From Podarcis pityusensis (lineage: Eukaryota), in the NCBI GenBank assembly GCA_964106645.2, contig OZ067045.1: a stretch of DNA of 64,000 bases. One strand, written 5' to 3'. The position numbers and the translations under genes were made by a program. The notes beneath the pieces are model-generated. The model saw only the letters and a program-made list of their open reading frames with translations, was not told the DNA's origin and did not search any database. Shown here in pieces: positions 62,490 to 64,000 of this stretch. Positions within the stretch are counted from its first letter, which is position 1; every line of letters begins with the position of its first letter.

Positions 62490-62685
62490 GCACCTGAGAG
62501 ACCAGGGTTCAAATCCCCACTCAGCCATGAAGCTCACTGGGTGACCTTCAGCTAATCACTGCCTTACAGCCTAAGCTGTTTCACAGGAGCATGTGAGGAT
62601 AAAATGAGGAGGGGAGAAACTATGCATGCCACCTTCAGCACCTTGGAAGAAAGGTGGGGTATACATGTAATAAAAAATAATAATA
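62490..62685 (+). mobile_element. Squam3/MIR-like SINE, 5'-truncated
   Basis: gagaccagggttcaaatccccactcagccatgaagctcactgggtgacctt. Confidence 0.8.
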
Positions 62686-62879
62686 ATCTAGTTTTGTTGA
62701 AGTCTTTTCTGGCCAGCAGCGTAGGAATCCTGCTTGCAGATGCAAAACATGCATTAAATCTTGGTCTGGTTCATTTTCCAAAGCACACACTTTGGAGGGG
62801 CGCCCAAAATGATCAAAATAAACCTGTCTCTGAAGCCATTCCGTCCCTGCACTCTTTTATTACAAATCCATATTCAGAT

Positions 62880-63700
62880 ATGTTAATATATAAAGATGTA
62901 CAATATTACATAAAGAGCACAAAACCTGACATCGTGACACCAGCGGCTGAATAGCTTGGTTATTATAGCTGCTCTCATTCAGCTATTTTCCCGTCCTCTC
63001 ATCGGCCTTTTGTGTGGAAGCCTTTTGGCGAGAGAGTCAAGTCTTTACCGATAAGGCCTTGGAGACATAATCACTGGCCTTCATTCTCCATTGACGGCAC
63101 CATGCGGCCAATTCACAAACATTTTCATATTAATATTGAGCAATTTCCCTACATTCTAATCCATCAAAGTAGGCTATTAATCCTTCCCTGTACCGTCTGC
63201 TATTCAAATGCTAACAATTTTCTTCTCAAAAGCTGAAACATTTGTCCTTACAGCCCCTCGCACAAAGACGGCGTATTGTCAGCTGTGATTGATCAGAGTA
63301 TTAATATGAGGGATGCAAGGTAAATCATATCAATGAAATTGTACATATGCGAGAAACAAGGAGGGAGGGAAGGAAATCTGAGGGATAATTTGAATGTTGA
63401 AGATAATGAAGATATTGCCCTGATGACCACATTAAAACAAACAAACAGATCTTGGGGTAAATTTTCCTGGAGTGTCAATAAACTCAAGCTTCTAACAGTG
63501 CAACTTGATTTACCAGTGATAGCATATGCAAAAGGGATGGGACTGAGCTTTTCTTCTAAAATTCGCTGTAATAAATACGAAAATACAGCCAAATCAGAGG
63601 GCAGAATTCCAAAGGGAGCGTCAATAGTAATCTCTGTCACCAAGCAAAATAGAAGAATGAAACCAGTGAGCAGTCAGCTGCCCTTCTGTACGATTTTCCA
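62880..63700. promoter_or_regulatory. Candidate conserved non-coding enhancer
   Basis: Repeat-free, CpGs retained; TGATTGAT at 63286, TGATTTAC at 63320 (minus) and 63506. Confidence 0.42.
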
Positions 63701-63739
63701 GTGGTAGTGTGTGCATTCAAAACCCCACCTCCTCTGTGG

Positions 63740-63935
63740 GTGGGGCAGGGAAATAGCCAGCCCTTTCTTCAAGAAGCTCAGGGTGACAAATGTGGCTCAG
63801 CCATGTGAGGTAGCTTAGGGTGATAGAGAATGGCTGGTCTAAGGTCACCCACAGAGCTTTGAGAGTCTCAGCAGAGAATGGATTCCTGATCTTCTCCACT
63901 CCCAAATGCAATGACATTTCCTCCACACCACACTG
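63740..63935 (-). mobile_element. Degenerate Squam3/MIR-like SINE
   Basis: gtgaggtagcttagg...ggctggtctaaggtcacccac...cacaccacactg. Confidence 0.55.
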
Positions 63936-64000
63936 CTTCAGCATCATTCCCTTTCAGTGCTCTCCGTTCCCTCGCCAAAAGAGCATGATCAGCAAGCAGA

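Overview
This is vertebrate non-coding DNA. Its repeat content (Sauria SINE, BovB, Squam3/MIR-like SINEs, a tRNA-Lys SINE with a CR1-type tail, L2, CR1) points to a squamate reptile, most likely a lacertid lizard. I can support no host protein-coding exon, rRNA, genuine tRNA or CRISPR array. The only ORF-track entries with recognisable protein similarity are decayed LINE ORF2 fragments. The window has two components. (1) Transposon relics, several with precisely visible termini and target-site duplications (TSDs): 3 Sauria SINEs, 3 short BovB 3' ends, 2 solo LTRs, Tc1/mariner and hAT MITEs, and many L2/CR1 3' ends. (2) About a dozen repeat-free blocks that retain CpGs and are rich in homeodomain/TALE/POU motifs. 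These look like conserved non-coding enhancers in a large intron or gene desert of a developmental regulator; this is inference and needs alignment. Best leads: a candidate alternative promoter/first exon with a 6-codon micro-ORF and splice donor at ~20.0-20.7 kb; three independent BovB insertions truncated at almost the same position (possible non-autonomous BovB-derived family); two intact solo LTRs, one carrying a CCAAT-box tandem array; and a perfect 20-bp palindrome. I cannot establish a new biological system from sequence alone. Family names come from pattern recognition, not database searches.
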